A DNA stretch of 54,265 nt from Proteromonas lacertae (GCA_002245135.1 NGBS01001198.1:1-54265); one strand, 5' to 3'. Counted from the first letter of the stretch, positions 10,674 to 25,403 are shown. The notes: generated by a model from the letters alone, not told the origin. Numbers and translations are program-made.

Positions 10674-10823
10674 TCAGATAGACACATAATAAATTATAAT
10701 CCTCTAGTATGATGGTATCATATTGGACGAAGAATTTTTAATAATTGATCAGTAGAGCTTTCAAATTTTTTCAATAATATTATGTTTAGCATGGAGGATT
10801 TTTCATTTGTCATCTTTTTTAAT

Positions 10824-10909
10824 AAGAGGATTTTATAAAAATTATATTTCCTCTTTCAGAGAGGATCTAAAAATCCTCTTTTAGAAGAGGATCCTCTATA
10901 AAAGAGGAT
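10824..10909. repeat. Array of alternating inverted AGAGGAT/ATCCTCT motifs (candidate element terminus)
   Basis: Seven copies in ~86 bp, including the palindrome AGAGGATCCTCT at 10886-10897. Related copies occur near 10575, 10698 and 10794. Confidence 0.65.
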
Positions 10910-11312
10910 TTCATGCATTTATATTATATATGGAATTTTGAATAAGAATTGCTCTATTGTAAAACCAGTAACAAACTTTCATACATTCAATCAATCAAGA
11001 ATTAAGACTTTTAGTTATAATATTAATAAATATATAGTAAAAGATGAAAAGTAGTTCATATAAACAAAATTCCAGTTTTTAGATATGCTCATCATATTAA
11101 CTTAGAATTTGTGTAGAAAAAGTCCTAAAAAAGGAAATACATTTATTGCTAAACAGAATATTTAATAAGAAAATATGGATTGAAAATAGTATAAAAGAAG
11201 TAAATTATCATTGTTTGGAAAGTGAACATAACATTTACCATCAAGTTTGTAGGAATAATAAATATAAAATATTACATAAAAAGTATGAAAATAATTAATA
11301 GAATATAATTAA

Positions 11313-13765
11313 TTAAATTCCCCACAACAACACACTACAATCAGCACTACTTGAAACAAAATGAGGAATAACAGGATTCCATTGACATTTCAATACACCT
11401 TTAGTTTGACCTCTAAACAATCCACAACTCTTCATTCTTTCACTATCATAAATACCAATATAAGAATCAAAACCACCACTTAATAACCATTTTCCATCTG
11501 GACTAAAATCAACTGTTCTACATGCAGATGTTTTATGACATTGAAATTCTTTAATAACAGCATTTTTTCTTGGATCATATAAAATTGTACTAGTTTTAAC
11601 AACAATAATATCACCATCAGTATTAACAGGAATTTTTAAATTAGAAGGAATTTCATTTAATCCAAATGCAATAATTTGAGAAATCGGATTAATTGATAAA
11701 TTATAGATTACTCTATTAGGAGATGTTTGAATTGTATGAGTAAAAGAAGAAGTACGAAAATCCCATATTTTACTAGTTCCATCACCACTAACACTTACAG
11801 CTACATTTCTATCATACATTTTACAACTATAAACAATATCATTATGTCCTTCAAATGTAGCAATTTCATTACTTGTTTCTATATCCCATAATTTGATTGT
11901 TTTATCTTTACTACAAGATATTAACATTGTACTTTCATTATCTCGTAATCTTATATCTCTTACTTCATTACTATGTCCACTTAATACAGTTTCAATACCA
12001 TTATCAATATAACTACCATTTGAACTATCATATTTTATTGGAAATATTTTTATATCAGTGTCATTACTGCATGTTATTATATAATTCATTTGAGAATTCC
12101 ATATTATTCCATATACTGAACCTTTATGAACATTTGCTTTATGATATAATAATTTCATCACTGGTAGATTTCCTAAACCATCAAATTTTTCAGGTATTTC
12201 ACTTATATTTTGTAATATTTTTATTTCTTTTCCATTTGTTCCTATTGCTATTGCATCTCCTTTATGATTGTATGATAAACATCTTATTGGTTGACTATCT
12301 CTATAAATACCTATTGGTTTATATGTATTCATGTCGGTGACTTTAATTCCATAATATTTTGATGGAATTGATAGTTTTTCATCTAATTAATATATTATTA
12401 AATATTATACATGTAAATGGTGATTCTATTTCAATTGATTCATTTAATGAATTTGTTTCTTTTTCTATTTTTGATTCAGTAATTGAATGTGGTACAGAAT
12501 GAAGATTATTATTTGGTACTTGTTGTTGTTGTTGTGATGGTGGTTTAATTCTTGAAACTGATGTTGATGATTTTGTGGAAGAAATGATTGGTTGTGATGA
12601 TGGAGTACTTTTTACAGATCTTTTTACATTAATTGAATCTTCAGTCATTACATTTCCATTTGATAATAAAGAAGGAGAAGGTGATCTAATAGGTGGTTCA
12701 ATATCTTCAAATTTAGGTAATGCTAATTTTGACATTGAATAATCCATCAAATTACCCTTTTCGATTTTATTCGTAATATCTTTTTCATCTCTTTCTCCAG
12801 TTTTATATTCTTCTTTTACTTTATGCATTGTTGTTAATAAATCTTGTTGAGTCTGTGACATTTGTTCTGTTGTCTTTAATACTCCAGTTCTTTCTAATAA
12901 ATTTTCTATTTCTTCAATATCTTTATAGGACATTTGTAATGGATTAATCTTACATGAACCTGATATTAATTTTGATTTATTTAAATCCATTTCGGTTATT
13001 CTCATTAGAATTAAATCGGTTTCTATATTAAATGAATTATTATTATTATTTCTAGTGGAAGGTTCTGGAAAAATAGATTCTAATAACAAATTACATTTTG
13101 TATTTGGTCTTTTATTATATTTTCTTCTATAATCATCACTTTTATATAATATTAAATTCTTTAAATGAGTTAATAATACATCTGGAGGTGTATTTTGTGA
13201 TTTTGATTCTGGATAATACTTTTCATAAAATGGAATTATCATTTTTACAATGTTGTATCTTGACTTATATAATTGCCAATCTTTAAACATTTCATCTTCA
13301 TATATATCTTCTTTTATCATTAAACTACATAGATTTTTATAGGTATTAGGATCTGCATATTGTTCTAGTGATTTTAAAAGATTGAATAATTCCATTGTTG
13401 TTTCTCTTGTCACAGAATCGGCCATTTCATTTATATCTAACACCATTTCTAAATATCTTTCTTTTCTTAATTCAAATATAATCTATTTATCATTAATACA
13501 TATAATAATATACATCATTATAAGGAAAACCTGATTCTTTCATAAGAGGTGAAAGAAACTGTTCAGCAGTTTCAAAATCACCATCTAAAATTAATTGTCT
13601 TAAGCAAGACATATTTGATTTAAACCAAATATGAGTTTCTTTCTCTAGTTGATACATAGATTCTATATATCCACGTCTTTCAAGAAAGTCCTATCATCAA
13701 TAGAAATAATAGAATACTAGTATGCAAGTAATAACCTCTTCTTCTTTAATAGGCAAAGCTTCCAT
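11313..13765 (-). CDS. WDR47: WD repeat-containing protein 47 homologue (LisH-CTLH + WD40), spliced
   Basis: N-terminal exons translate MEALPIKEEEVITCIL-DFLERRGYIESMYQLEKET...LRQLILDGDF...QFLSPL, matching the WDR47 LisH/CTLH region. The WD40 region includes HKGSVYGIIW...ITCSND. Confidence 0.85.
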
Positions 13766-13921
13766 GAGAAAATTCAAATACTAAATTTCAAAAAAATACA
13801 ACAATAATACATACGTATTAGTTATGTATTGTAATTGGTTTATGAAAATTTTCCAATAACCATAATTCAAAAAAGCCTTTAATCAATTATTTTTATTTAT
13901 TACATATATATATCTCAACTG

Positions 13922-16900
13922 CTACATAATATTGCAATCTCCTTCATTCTTATTTGTCGCTTTCGATTCATAATCAACTCGATATAACTCAGAAATTGGC
14001 TTAGTATCAATATCTTCCCTCATATATATTAATATATAAGCATTATTTGATTTAACATCACTAATATCCAATTCATTACATATATGATCATTATAACAAA
14101 ACCATTTACCATTTTCTATGCATTTGATATAACTAAGGTAATGGCCTCCACTGATACTACCTTGATGATTGATAACACTGAATAAATTATATTTGGTTTT
14201 ATTATCACGTTTTAAACTAATAGGAAACTGATTATCATTAATATCAACTTCTGATTGGTTTGCTTGAGTTTGATTGTTAAATTCTTCACTCATTTTTCCA
14301 CCTAATATTCTCCAGTATGTTAAATCAACTTCTTTCTTTTTATTATCACTTATATAATCACTTAAATCAAAATTAGTGATTGGAAAATCAACAAATCGAT
14401 ATAACTTTGAATATATTTGATGACTGAACTTGAACCTTTTTAAATTGATAATTAAGAATGGTGGAAGTCTCCAGATGGTTATGTGATGGATTAAACATCT
14501 CATCATTTTACACTAAACAAAAATAAATAATGAAAGGAAAAAAGAGAAAAAAAAAGATAGAAAATGTGAGAAATATATTTTATACATTTGAACAATATGC
14601 TTCTGATTCTTTATCCAACTGTGTTTCATTAGTAAATTCATTCAAACAATCATAAATATTCAAATCTGAATTATTTCCACCATTATTACTATTATTTCCA
14701 CTTTCTTCAATACTTATATTATAATCGTTATTTCCATTCTCATTTATATATTTCATATTCATTTTATTAAAATTCAATTCAACTTCTTCATTCCAATCAA
14801 TTGCTATTGTATTTTCATTCATTACGCAATATAATTTGTCAGTTGTATTATCTATTGCACAACCTCTACAGCCATTACTCCAATAACATCTACTACAATA
14901 TTTTCCATTTCTATTAACTAATTTCAAAGTGAATGGATATTCTATAACTTTATCATCATCATCATTTTCACATGTTGATTTTGGATTTGATATTAAATAC
15001 TTTACTTCTTTATAAATTAATCTGTAGAATTCTTTCTTTGTTATTTCTTCTGGTATTATTTTCATAACGATTGGATATCCAACAACACTTCTACCATTGG
15101 ATTTTAAAAAGAAATTTGGTTTCTATTCAATAAATGATATTATATTATATATATATATACATAATTAACAACTCTATGAATAATATACAACAAATAATAA
15201 GTCTTAAATCTTGGTTGAATCTTATGTAAATTGAAACAACAATAATCATTATTATTATAACAATGAATAGTTATTTCTTTTATTTCTTCCTCTTCTTTTG
15301 TAATGGAAGTGATAATACCTGGATATGGCTTACGATTAACTCTATAATAATAATAATAATAATAAGCAAATAATGATATATATATACAAATAATAAACCA
15401 AATCATCTGATTTAAATTCAAATACTGATTTTGGCAATAAACATTTCACATTAACATTCTCAATTTCTTCTTCATAATCATTCATTATTTTAATATTAAA
15501 GTATTCTATTCTTGGATGTTTCTTAACTATTACAGCTTTCACCCATTCATGTCTTTCATGTAACAAATAATAAACTTCATCTCCTTCCTCAAAAGTATAC
15601 TCTTTTCTCTCAAATGAATAATTATATGGGTAAGTAATTAAATGATATAATGATAATGATGAAAATTGAGTTATTTCTTTTAAATATTCAAATGGTTTGA
15701 TTGTTTCTATAATCAATCTATTACTTTTCACTAAAATAAGTCTATCTTGTGATAAATGTAATTCAGGACATATACTACATACTTTTCTACATAATTCAAA
15801 GACTCTTAAATCTCTATCAATTTCGATATTAAATAATATTGGTTCAATACCTTCTTGTATATATAACTTAAGTTTAATCCTTCTATAATTCTTTTCTGGA
15901 ATAGGAAGTTGCATTGTTTGAAATGCTTCAAAATGAGTGGATATTTTATTACAAATCCCACAACGAACTTCACTTTTAAATTGCCCTGTAAATAAAGCTT
16001 CAATTATACTACAATCTCTCTTCAAATGATTTACCCACCATATATTACCCATTGTAGTATCATCTCTACCATTACTATCTTCATTTTCTATATATGGTTT
16101 GGAATGATTAAAGTTTAAATCATCAGATAATCCTTGGATTATATCACTAAAGAATTCTTGAGCATCATGTTGTTCAACTCCTTTATATTTTGGATATAAA
16201 ATATCGATAGAATTCTTAAAGGAAAGTGGTGAAATACTTTCATCATTTTCACCATCATCATCTCCTCCTCCTTCATTGTTATTATCTAATGTTATTTCTG
16301 TTACTGATTTATCTCGTGAAGTAATGATTCTTCTAGTAACTTTAGTCTTATAAAGTGTTGATAATAATTGAGAAAATGATTTTACAAGTTGACAGTTTTT
16401 GTCATATTTATTATCATAATTCATATCATATAAATAATAATGTTTAATAAAATATTCTTTCAATTGTGGTATATGGAATAAGCATTGTAAAGGTGCATTC
16501 ATATAACATGTATTACCTAAATTATTTAATCCAATTATTCCATTACAACATATTGATTGTTTTTTCATCTTGCTGATTGAAGTAGTAGTAGAAGTAGTAG
16601 TAGAAGAAGTAATTTTCCTTCTCCATACCCAATGATTGGAAGAAATCATAGTTTCAATTGCTATTTTTTGAAAATTATAATGTTTGATATAATTTCTATA
16701 ACTATTTTCATCATTTATCAATACTCTATTATCATCATTATCATAAGAGTCATGTAAATACCACAATCTTGTTCTATTTACATCTAATAAATAGAAATTA
16801 CATAATAATTTCTTTACATTTTCAAACCTTTCAGTTCTATTAATCATAAAATGCTCATGGTTTTGGGTTTTACAATAACCTTCTTCATTGATTAAAGTTG

Positions 16901-18560
16901 TAACGATAAAAAACGGATGAATTTCTAATTCAATTGAATCGTTGGGTAGTTTGATATATTTACGTTTTAATACTGGTCCTCCACCACATATTTCATAAAT
17001 TATTGTCCAATCAGATTTGTTCTTTATAACGTATTTTGAATCTGGTTTTATATTGATTTCATTTTCTATTAATGAATTGTTGTTTATTGGAAGGATTATT
17101 TGTTTACTATATATATAAGAATAGAATAGAAAGGTTAAAATAGAAAAGGCAAAAAGACAACAAAATACAATAATACAGATGTATAAATGTATAATATATA
17201 TATATATATACTCAACAACTGTTTTAATCCATTCTTCTGATAATATATAAGCTTCATTCCCTTCCACTTTCTCTTTTTCTTCTTCTTCACTATTCACTTT
17301 CTTTGTCAATAATTTGGTCAAATGAAAAGTTAAAAATAAATTGTTCAAATGATCAAATATACAGAATAATACTGGATATAATTCACACCATTCAATAAAT
17401 CTAAAAAAAAAGAAAATATATATATATATAAATACATTTCTCTAGGTATAAATTTCATAGTTTTTATTTTATATTCTTCAAATATTAATTCAACATTTCT
17501 ATCAAAGTTAACATCACTATATTTCATATGAAAATCGATAATTGGATAACGAACAGGATATTTATAAGACGTTCCTTCTTGATATAATAATTTCATTAAT
17601 TGGATAAATTGAGTTTTATATAAATTCATATCACTTTTATCACAACATAAATCATATAAATAATCTAATCTTTTCTCTAAATCATTTTCTAATAACAATT
17701 TCTTTATAAAATCATTAAATAATTCGTGTGATAGTTCATTTGTACCGTATAAATAAGTCAATAAATTGATTGTACCATTTGGAAACTTGTAAATTGAACA
17801 TATTCTTTCTATTGTAGTTGTTGAATTTATTTCATTTGTAATGTTATTATTATATGTATTACAACATTCAGATTTCAAATAATTATATCCTAAACTATCA
17901 TATTTTAAATTGGGTAAATATAAATTAGCCAATAATAATCGACCAATATTTCTAATCCAATTTAGTAACGGATTATCTGGATAGATTGTACAAAATGATT
18001 TGTATTTCGTTAAATTTACTGATAATCTTTCTGGATTGTTTATTATTCCATCTTTTATATCGAACAGATTTTCTTCTATTTCACGCCATAACCAACTCTG
18101 AGATGATGTGTTTGAAGATGGATCGATTAAATGAGGATAAAGATTCTCTAGGAATAGATATTCTATGGCTTGATTGTGTTTGACTGAATAACTATATTAT
18201 AATTATAGAATATAAAATACAATTCAAATGATAAATTGACTAATTCGTCAAATGTTGAGAGGCCTAGTAGAGTATATCCAATACAGAATTCCTTAAATTC
18301 TAATATTCCCCCTTTCATATAACTAAAGACTAAATAAAACCGTTTAGCTAAAGCAGGAATCTATAATGACTATAGAAGTAATTTTATACCATAGATGGAA
18401 TAGATTCGTATACTAAATCACAAAATTCGTTTTGTAGAATAACTCCATTCTCTCTATTATTTATGAAACGCTTAAAATTGGATTCCAAACCAAAAAAAAG
18501 TATTCCCAACCTATTTTTAGCCTCTTCATAGCTCATCATTTTTGTTTCTGTTGTTCCCAT
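13922..18560 (-). CDS. USP32: Ubiquitin-specific protease 32-like (EF-hand-like region, DUSP, UCH), multi-exon
   Basis: Starts MGTTETKMMSYEEAKNRL (myristoylation-type MG). Contains Cys box GLNNLGNTCYMN, QHDAQEF and His box HQGSISGGHY, and ends in CaaX CNIM. Confidence 0.85.
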
Positions 18561-18832
18561 TGCCTTATAATTTCTTCTTCGATATAAAAATCAAAAAGAA
18601 AAAATCAAATAGGTTTGGCTCGAACTTCTTCATTTATGATTACAGATTTATTTCAATAAATAATTAGTAAAAAGCAAAACTAACAAGTATTTATAATATT
18701 AGTACATGTTACAAGAGTATGGAGTGTATATAAGTAGTTATGTAATTCATAACAGTAATGACAAACTGTAACACACTAAATTCATTACCAAATGTATATA
18801 GAAACAAAAGTTATAAAAATGAAAAATAAAAG

Positions 18833-19916
18833 TTACAATTTTCTAAAAATGTAAATCTGTCTATTAAATCCTTTAGATACAACATTATTTGGCATATAAG
18901 CTTGTACAAATTCAAAAGGATAGTTAGAAGTAATATATTTCGGGAAAATTCCAGGAAAAATTGTAATTTGTTTCAAATTATCAAGATGTTTCTATATATT
19001 AAAAGTATATACAAATAATTAATATAATATATACTTTTGACAACCTGCATTTCCTTTTATTATAAGACTTCCAATTCTGTGGTTCTAAAATGAATAATCC
19101 ACCTTTTTCTAACAAATCACTCACTTTTTGAAACAAAATTTTGATTCCTTCATCGCCCCAATTTAAATGAATCCATTTGGTTATACTGAACCTATATTTC
19201 AATAAATAATATATAAATTATTATTATTATTATGTATACGCTAAAATAACATTATAACTTGAACCAAAATGTGAATCATTTATAAAATCTTCTCTTTTAA
19301 ATGAAATATTATTTGGAAATGAAGAAATTGAAGAAGAAGATGTTTCAGATATTGGTAATGGTTTTGTTAATTTTAAACTTAATGGTACTACTTTATAAAT
19401 AGATTAATAATTAAATATATATATATAATATACTCTCTCTTTTATCTTCATTTATAGTAGTGTTAAATTTTACTATTTTTCTTGCTTTATGAATTAATTT
19501 TTCATCAATATCTATTCCTAATATTGATTCTATTGGATATAATTTGGCTATTTGCATTGTGACATAACCTATATTACATCCTATATCCAGTATTTTCTTG
19601 TTAGTGAAATATTCTCCAGGAATTTGGTGTAATCTTGGATCTATTATATCCTAAAAACAATATAATTTATTAGAATATTATACTGGCGAATTTCTAGTTA
19701 TTGGATTCATTCTATAACCATAGTATTGATCATAATTTCCATAGATAAATTGCTTTTCATATGGTACTTTGTGTTCATTTTCACTATAATATAATTCTAG
19801 CATAAATACACTTTCCTATGTTTTCGTTTATGATCTATTTCTTCTATTTCTTCATCTACTTCATTTCTGTGTCTTTTCTTGTTATTCTATAAAATACTAT
19901 ACTTTAAATATACCAT
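18833..19916 (-). CDS. MEPCE: Bin3/MePCE-type RNA methylphosphate capping methyltransferase, multi-exon
   Basis: Exons translate [52 protein letters not shown] and KGFNRQIY. Confidence 0.88.
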
Positions 19917-20225
19917 TTTTGTTAAGAACTATTACTCACACAATAAGAAAAGAAAGAATTTAATTAATTGAAAATTAATTCGTTACAGAAATTTTCATTT
20001 CTTTATATCTCCTTCTTGATGTATTTTAAAAATATAAAACGAATGATTATAAAATGTAGTACAGATCATTTAGCGTTTTATGGATTTTAAATGGAAATAT
20101 AATTACTCATTCAATTATAAATGTCATTTATGATAGATTTATCAGAAATTAATGTTATATAATGAAATTATATGTATTTTTGCTATATAAATATCATATT
20201 ATCAATCATAATACTATTCAAATTC

Positions 20226-20825
20226 TTAAAAATGCTTCAACACCTCTTCTTTACCTTGTTTCATACTTGCATATCTTGCAGCAACAAACAAAAAATCGTT
20301 TACTCTATTTAAAATCGGTGAAATAAAGGATGGACATTTTTCTTCTTCCATTAATTGGATTGAAGATCTTTCAGCTCTTCTACATATTGATCTTGCCATA
20401 TGTAAATGTGCAGCTGCTTTACCTCCACCCTATAATATAATTCTAAATCAATATACGGGTAATATAAAAGAATTTAATGGTTTTAATTCACTATCTAATA
20501 AATCGATCCAACTTTCAACAGTTTTGATTGTATCTTTCAAGGAATCTGGTATTTCTTGTTGATTGGATGGATTAGCTAATACTGAACCTACATCAAACAA
20601 CCAACTTTCTATTTGAGTTAATTTTTTGGATAATTCAATATCAACTTTTTGACAATATTCATTAGCAAGCCCAAGAACTGAATTACATTCATCAACATCA
20701 CCTATTGCGTCAAATTGTCTTTCAGTCTTTGAATACCTTTTTCCATCCAGCAAACTGGATTGTCCTTTATCACCTGTACGAGTGTAAATCTTTGCTTTAG
20801 GAATAGATGATTCTGTAGAAGACAT
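20226..20825 (-). CDS. MMAB: PduO-type ATP:cob(I)alamin adenosyltransferase, 2 exons
   Basis: KIYTRTGDKG, GDVDECNS, then FILP|GG...HMARSICRRAER...LNRVNDFLFVAAR across a short intron near 20431-20458. Confidence 0.92.
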
Positions 20826-20924
20826 GATGTTTTTGACGTGTTTAGTGAAAAAAGTTCGAAAATGTAACCCAAAATATTAAAAAAACAAATTAAAACATAT
20901 TGAAAAGTCATAAAACATAAATAT

Positions 20925-22326
20925 TTAAATTAAATTAATCTTTATAGCTTCTTCTTTAGATAATACATCTTTATTTTTATTATAAGTTAACAATCCTCCT
21001 AATAGTGATATAAACATGTACAGTAAGAGTAATGCTGAATGATATGCTAATAGTTCAAACATATCACCATTAACAGAGTTATAAAACTTATGTACATTTT
21101 CACATCTTCCATAATCATTGTTTATTACATTATCACACTGTTTTAAATTTATATTTTCTACACAGCATTTTTCATATGTATCATTAATCTGCAACACAGT
21201 TGGAAATATATCTGCAGTATGTATAACAAACAATGAAGAGCAAAATACAAAATACATGAATGAATAAATATAATAACCTTCATTTGGATGAGTTTTACAC
21301 TTTACAGATACTGTTTTGAAAAATAATGTAATAATCACCAGTACAGATGATAATACAATCCATATTATACATCTAGTTAATGATATAATATTATAACCAT
21401 AATTCTGTCTTTTCATTAACATATAAACATTTGCAATGAGATATAGAATTGAGATTATCTATTTTTATAATTATTATATAAATATATATATGAATATACA
21501 ACTAGTGGTACTAAAAACATATAGTGCTTTTTCTTAAAACCATCATAACTATTTGATGAAAATATTGGACAATTGTCTCTTCGATTATATTCATCATATT
21601 GTTCATTTTCTCTTTGAAGAATATCAGGTGGAAGTTTATTTTCATATTTCAGTAATTTATAAGTTACAAATGGATAAAACATCTATTTAAAATGTTAATA
21701 TAATGAAAAAATATACAATTAATATAAATGAAATAAAACTAAGTGGAACATAAATCCAAGCTAAATAACTTGGTCCATTTTTCTGTAATATTCTAAAATA
21801 ATCAAAAGAAGAACATTCATTTTTTGATTTTATAAAACTACACTTATTTATATCAGGATTAATTGATTTACAGCATTTGATGAATGTATCATTCGTATTT
21901 CTAATTGGTGTATTTATTGCAGCTATTGGGACAAATCCTCCAATTACAATAAGAGAAGGAAGTATTCTAACCAATACATTTAAAAGATTTAGAATTATAC
22001 CCAACACAAATGTATGGAAGTGTTGTTACAAGTTTTTCTCCATATATTGCATAAATTATGACCACAATAAACATGACAATTGATTTCTCTATCAACAAAA
22101 TCGGTTTAGAAGTTGGAATCAAATTGTAACCTAAAACATGATAATATAAAGCAAAAATACCATATGAATTTCTAATTTTTAATAAATATAAACCTGTAAG
22201 TAATAGCGTAAAGGCGATTATCTATAAGAATAACTATTATGGAACTGATACTGTCTGTAGTATTAGATTAATGTATTGTGAACAACACCTTGGTTTGTGT
22301 GAATAACTTACTTTGTTGTTTCTCAT
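20925..22326 (-). CDS. Multi-pass membrane protein with two repeated Cys-rich loops, spliced
   Basis: Hydrophobic exons containing NDTFIKCC..C..C and NDTYEKCC..C..C. Start codon approximate. Confidence 0.5.
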
Positions 22327-22427
22327 AATACAAAATCTAGAAGAAATATATATCCGTTTCATGTGTGTGTTGAAACACATTAAAACACTGTTTTAATAAA
22401 ATCAATTAATTAAATTATGAGTTTAAA

Positions 22428-24053
22428 TTACATCTTCTTTCCTACAAAACTTCTTCTCGCTAAACTCTTTCTCACCATACTTGATCTGTTTGATCGAGGT
22501 GGTAATATCTTCACATTCATCAATAATAACCTTATATTATCACTCTTAGCTATATCAACAGGTAATTTCCCATGATTATTCCTACTATTCAACATCTTAT
22601 GCAAAGGATTCAAAAATATATTAGGAGATCTTAATTTCAAACTCAATACATACCTTAGAAACATATAATGTCCATTTCTTACTGCAATATGAAGTATATT
22701 ATCCCCAGCATAATCAACTTCATCTATTTTTACATCATATTTCATCAAAAGTTTAAACTATCCACATTAAAAAATAATAATTTATAATGATTATACAATT
22801 GTTATATTTCCAATCGTTGCACAAATATGAATTGGCCTTGTCAATGTAATAATTGAATTTATTTGATTAACATCTATACTACTGAATCTCAATAATAATT
22901 CAATATAATCATATCTATTATAAAATATTGACAATTCTAACAAAGTCAAGCCAAATTTTGTATCAAATTGTTTTTTCATATATTTTTTATTATTTAAATC
23001 ATTGTGATATTTATCTTTAAAATATTTTATTGGAATATCATATTCTATCATTTCCCATTGGTTATAAGCAGAACTTATCTTTACACGTTTTGTATTGTTT
23101 GACAAATATTTATTAAATGTTTTTAACAGTTTTGTATCATTATTTTTTACTCTTTTTTCTCTTTCTTCATGTCTTCTTATGGCTATTCCTTTACTCCAAT
23201 ATTCATTATATTCAATCATTTTACTTTCTACTTCTAATTTCTTCATATATGACATTCTATTCATTCAAAAAATATTAATATAATAATATATATATACTGT
23301 TGTTTTCTAACTAAATCCTTCATTATTTTATCTTCATATCTCATTTTAAACAATTCCAATTCTTGCCTTCGCTGTTCTTTTAATAATTCCAATTTTTCTG
23401 TTGTCTTTTTAAATCTTTTATAACAACTACTTATTAACAATACTAAATGATCTGTTAATTCTTTACATTGACTTATTGATTTATATTCATATATAGAGAA
23501 ATATATATTGTCATTCTATTAGTAATATTTTATTTACAATAAATAATTATATATATATATATATATAAATACTGGTTTATTACTTAATGATTTACCGAAT
23601 ATATGTACAAATGTATTGTCTATATTGTTTATTCTTTGACGAAGAGCGGGTAGTAATAATTGTTTCTCAAATAACGGATATAATTTTGTATTTATTGGAT
23701 TTTGTCTCATTATAAAGAAAGATTCACTTGTTTTCTTTAGTTTTTCTATTAGACATTGTTTGTATTGGAAAATAGCATAATCTACATTGCTCTTCAAATC
23801 ATTTTCACATTTGTATACTTCATTCATCTTTTGATTATGCTGTGAAATGTTTGTTAACTTTGAAGCATATCTGGATTTTGAATTTAAAATACCCCAAGTA
23901 TTATTCGCAAGAGATATAGATTTTGAAACTCTTAAATCATCCAAGTCTTTTGAATATTCCTATTTTTCTTGTTATTGATAATAATACTTTAATTTCTTGT
24001 ATAGTATTGTATGATGATTCTAATAAATCATGATATGGGATTTCTTTGCTCAT
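22428..24053 (-). CDS. Ankyrin-repeat protein (coiled-coil N-terminus), spliced
   Basis: GLTLLELSI, RPIHICAT, GDNILHIAVRNGH and GKLPVDIA repeats. Upstream exons are linked by ~30-nt introns. Confidence 0.65.
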
Positions 24054-24605
24054 TATTCTTCTTCTATCAAGAGTTGGTTTTAAAAATTTGATTGAAAAAG
24101 TAACGAAAATTTAGAAACACCAGTAATTTAAAAACTTTACAACTGATTAAATATCTATCTATAATATTCAATAATTTCTAAATTATTATGAATTCACACA
24201 TGTTATTTAAATTCAAGCAAACAATTCATATTAAAAGAATTATAAAATCAATTTATCATATTTCAAAGCTTTTAAATATCAATCCATATTTATAATCAAA
24301 TAACATTAAACAAAACTCTACAATTGACAATTATTAGAGATTAATTATGTGAGATTTCAGAAATAAATAAAATTCATTCCTTCAATGATCATAAATCATA
24401 TTATAATACGTGGTATATTTTTATTCATCAAAACTTATTCTATTGATGAGAAAAAGACAAAAGAAATAAAACTCGAGCCAAACTGTTGCATTTAGTAAAC
24501 CACAAATTTCTAAAAATGCTTTTTTATCAATTTAGTATTAATTTTCTATTTAAAATAAATTTGTTGTTTATAGTTTTAAGAAGGGCTTAAAATTAGTTAT
24601 TAAAT

Positions 24606-25260
24606 ATGGTATGTTATATATAAAATAACTATAATATGATATTATATAAAATACAATCTGATGATTTTCTTACTTTATTTGTATAGGCCGAAGACTTACA
24701 TCAAAAGAAGTTGGCTAATGTTAACAGAAACATTAAGATTGATAAATTGGTATTAAATATATCAGTTGGTGAATCTGGAGATAGACTTACAAAAGCTTGT
24801 CGTGTATTGAAAGATATTTCTGGACAAGAACCAGTACAATCAAAAGGTATTAATTCTAAAATTTATATTAATAGCCAGATACACTGTACGTTCATTTGGT
24901 ATCAGACGTAATGAAAAAATTGCCTGTCACACAACAATCAGAGGTGCTAAAGCCATGGAAATCTTAGAAAAAGGTTTAAGAGTAAAAGAATTTGAATTAA
25001 TCAAAAGAAATTTCTCATCATCAGGTAACTTTGGATTTGGTATTCAAGAACACATTGATCTTGGCATTGTAAAGTATGATCCAGGAACTGGTATCTTTGG
25101 TATGGATTTCTACATTGTGTTAAGCCGTAATGGTTATCGTGTTGCCAAAAGAAAGCATTGTAATAGCAAGATTGGTCATCCTCATTTAGTTACACGTGAA
25201 GAAGCTATGAATTGGTTTAAAACAACATTCGATGGTATTATTCTTGATAAAGCACGATAA
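24606..25260 (+). CDS. RPL11: 60S ribosomal protein L11 (uL5), 3 exons
   Basis: ATG-only exon 1, introns at 24609-24686 and 24847-24874. Motifs [35 protein letters not shown] and [12 protein letters not shown]. Confidence 0.97.
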
Positions 25261-25403
25261 ATTATATAAAATATGTCAAGAGGCCCTTTTTCTATTTTCG
25301 TTTGGGTTTTTATTTTTGAATTATGAAAATAATTATGACAATATCACACACATACAAAAATATTTAATAAAAAAAAAGAGAAGATAATAGTTAAATGTTA
25401 CTT

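Larger units (their letters stand above)
1..10912. mobile_element. Putative endogenous Polinton-like virus / virophage / Maverick-type element, right part; left end lies outside the window and the right boundary is approximate
   Basis: Adenain-type protease next to an Arg-rich protein with GG cleavage-type sites. Dense, mostly co-oriented orphan ORFs and a repeat-rich non-coding terminus (10500-10912) precede ordinary host genes. No capsid, packaging ATPase, pPolB or integrase recognised in the window. Confidence 0.7.

Noticed and set aside
10500..10912. CRISPR array, retron or other prokaryotic system
   Set aside because: The repeats are 7-8 bp and alternately inverted, without unique spacers. 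No cas or RT genes are present and the context is eukaryotic.
24609..24686. Box C/D snoRNA in the RPL11 first intron
   Set aside because: ATGATAT and CTGA are only ~20 nt apart with no terminal stem, which is too short.
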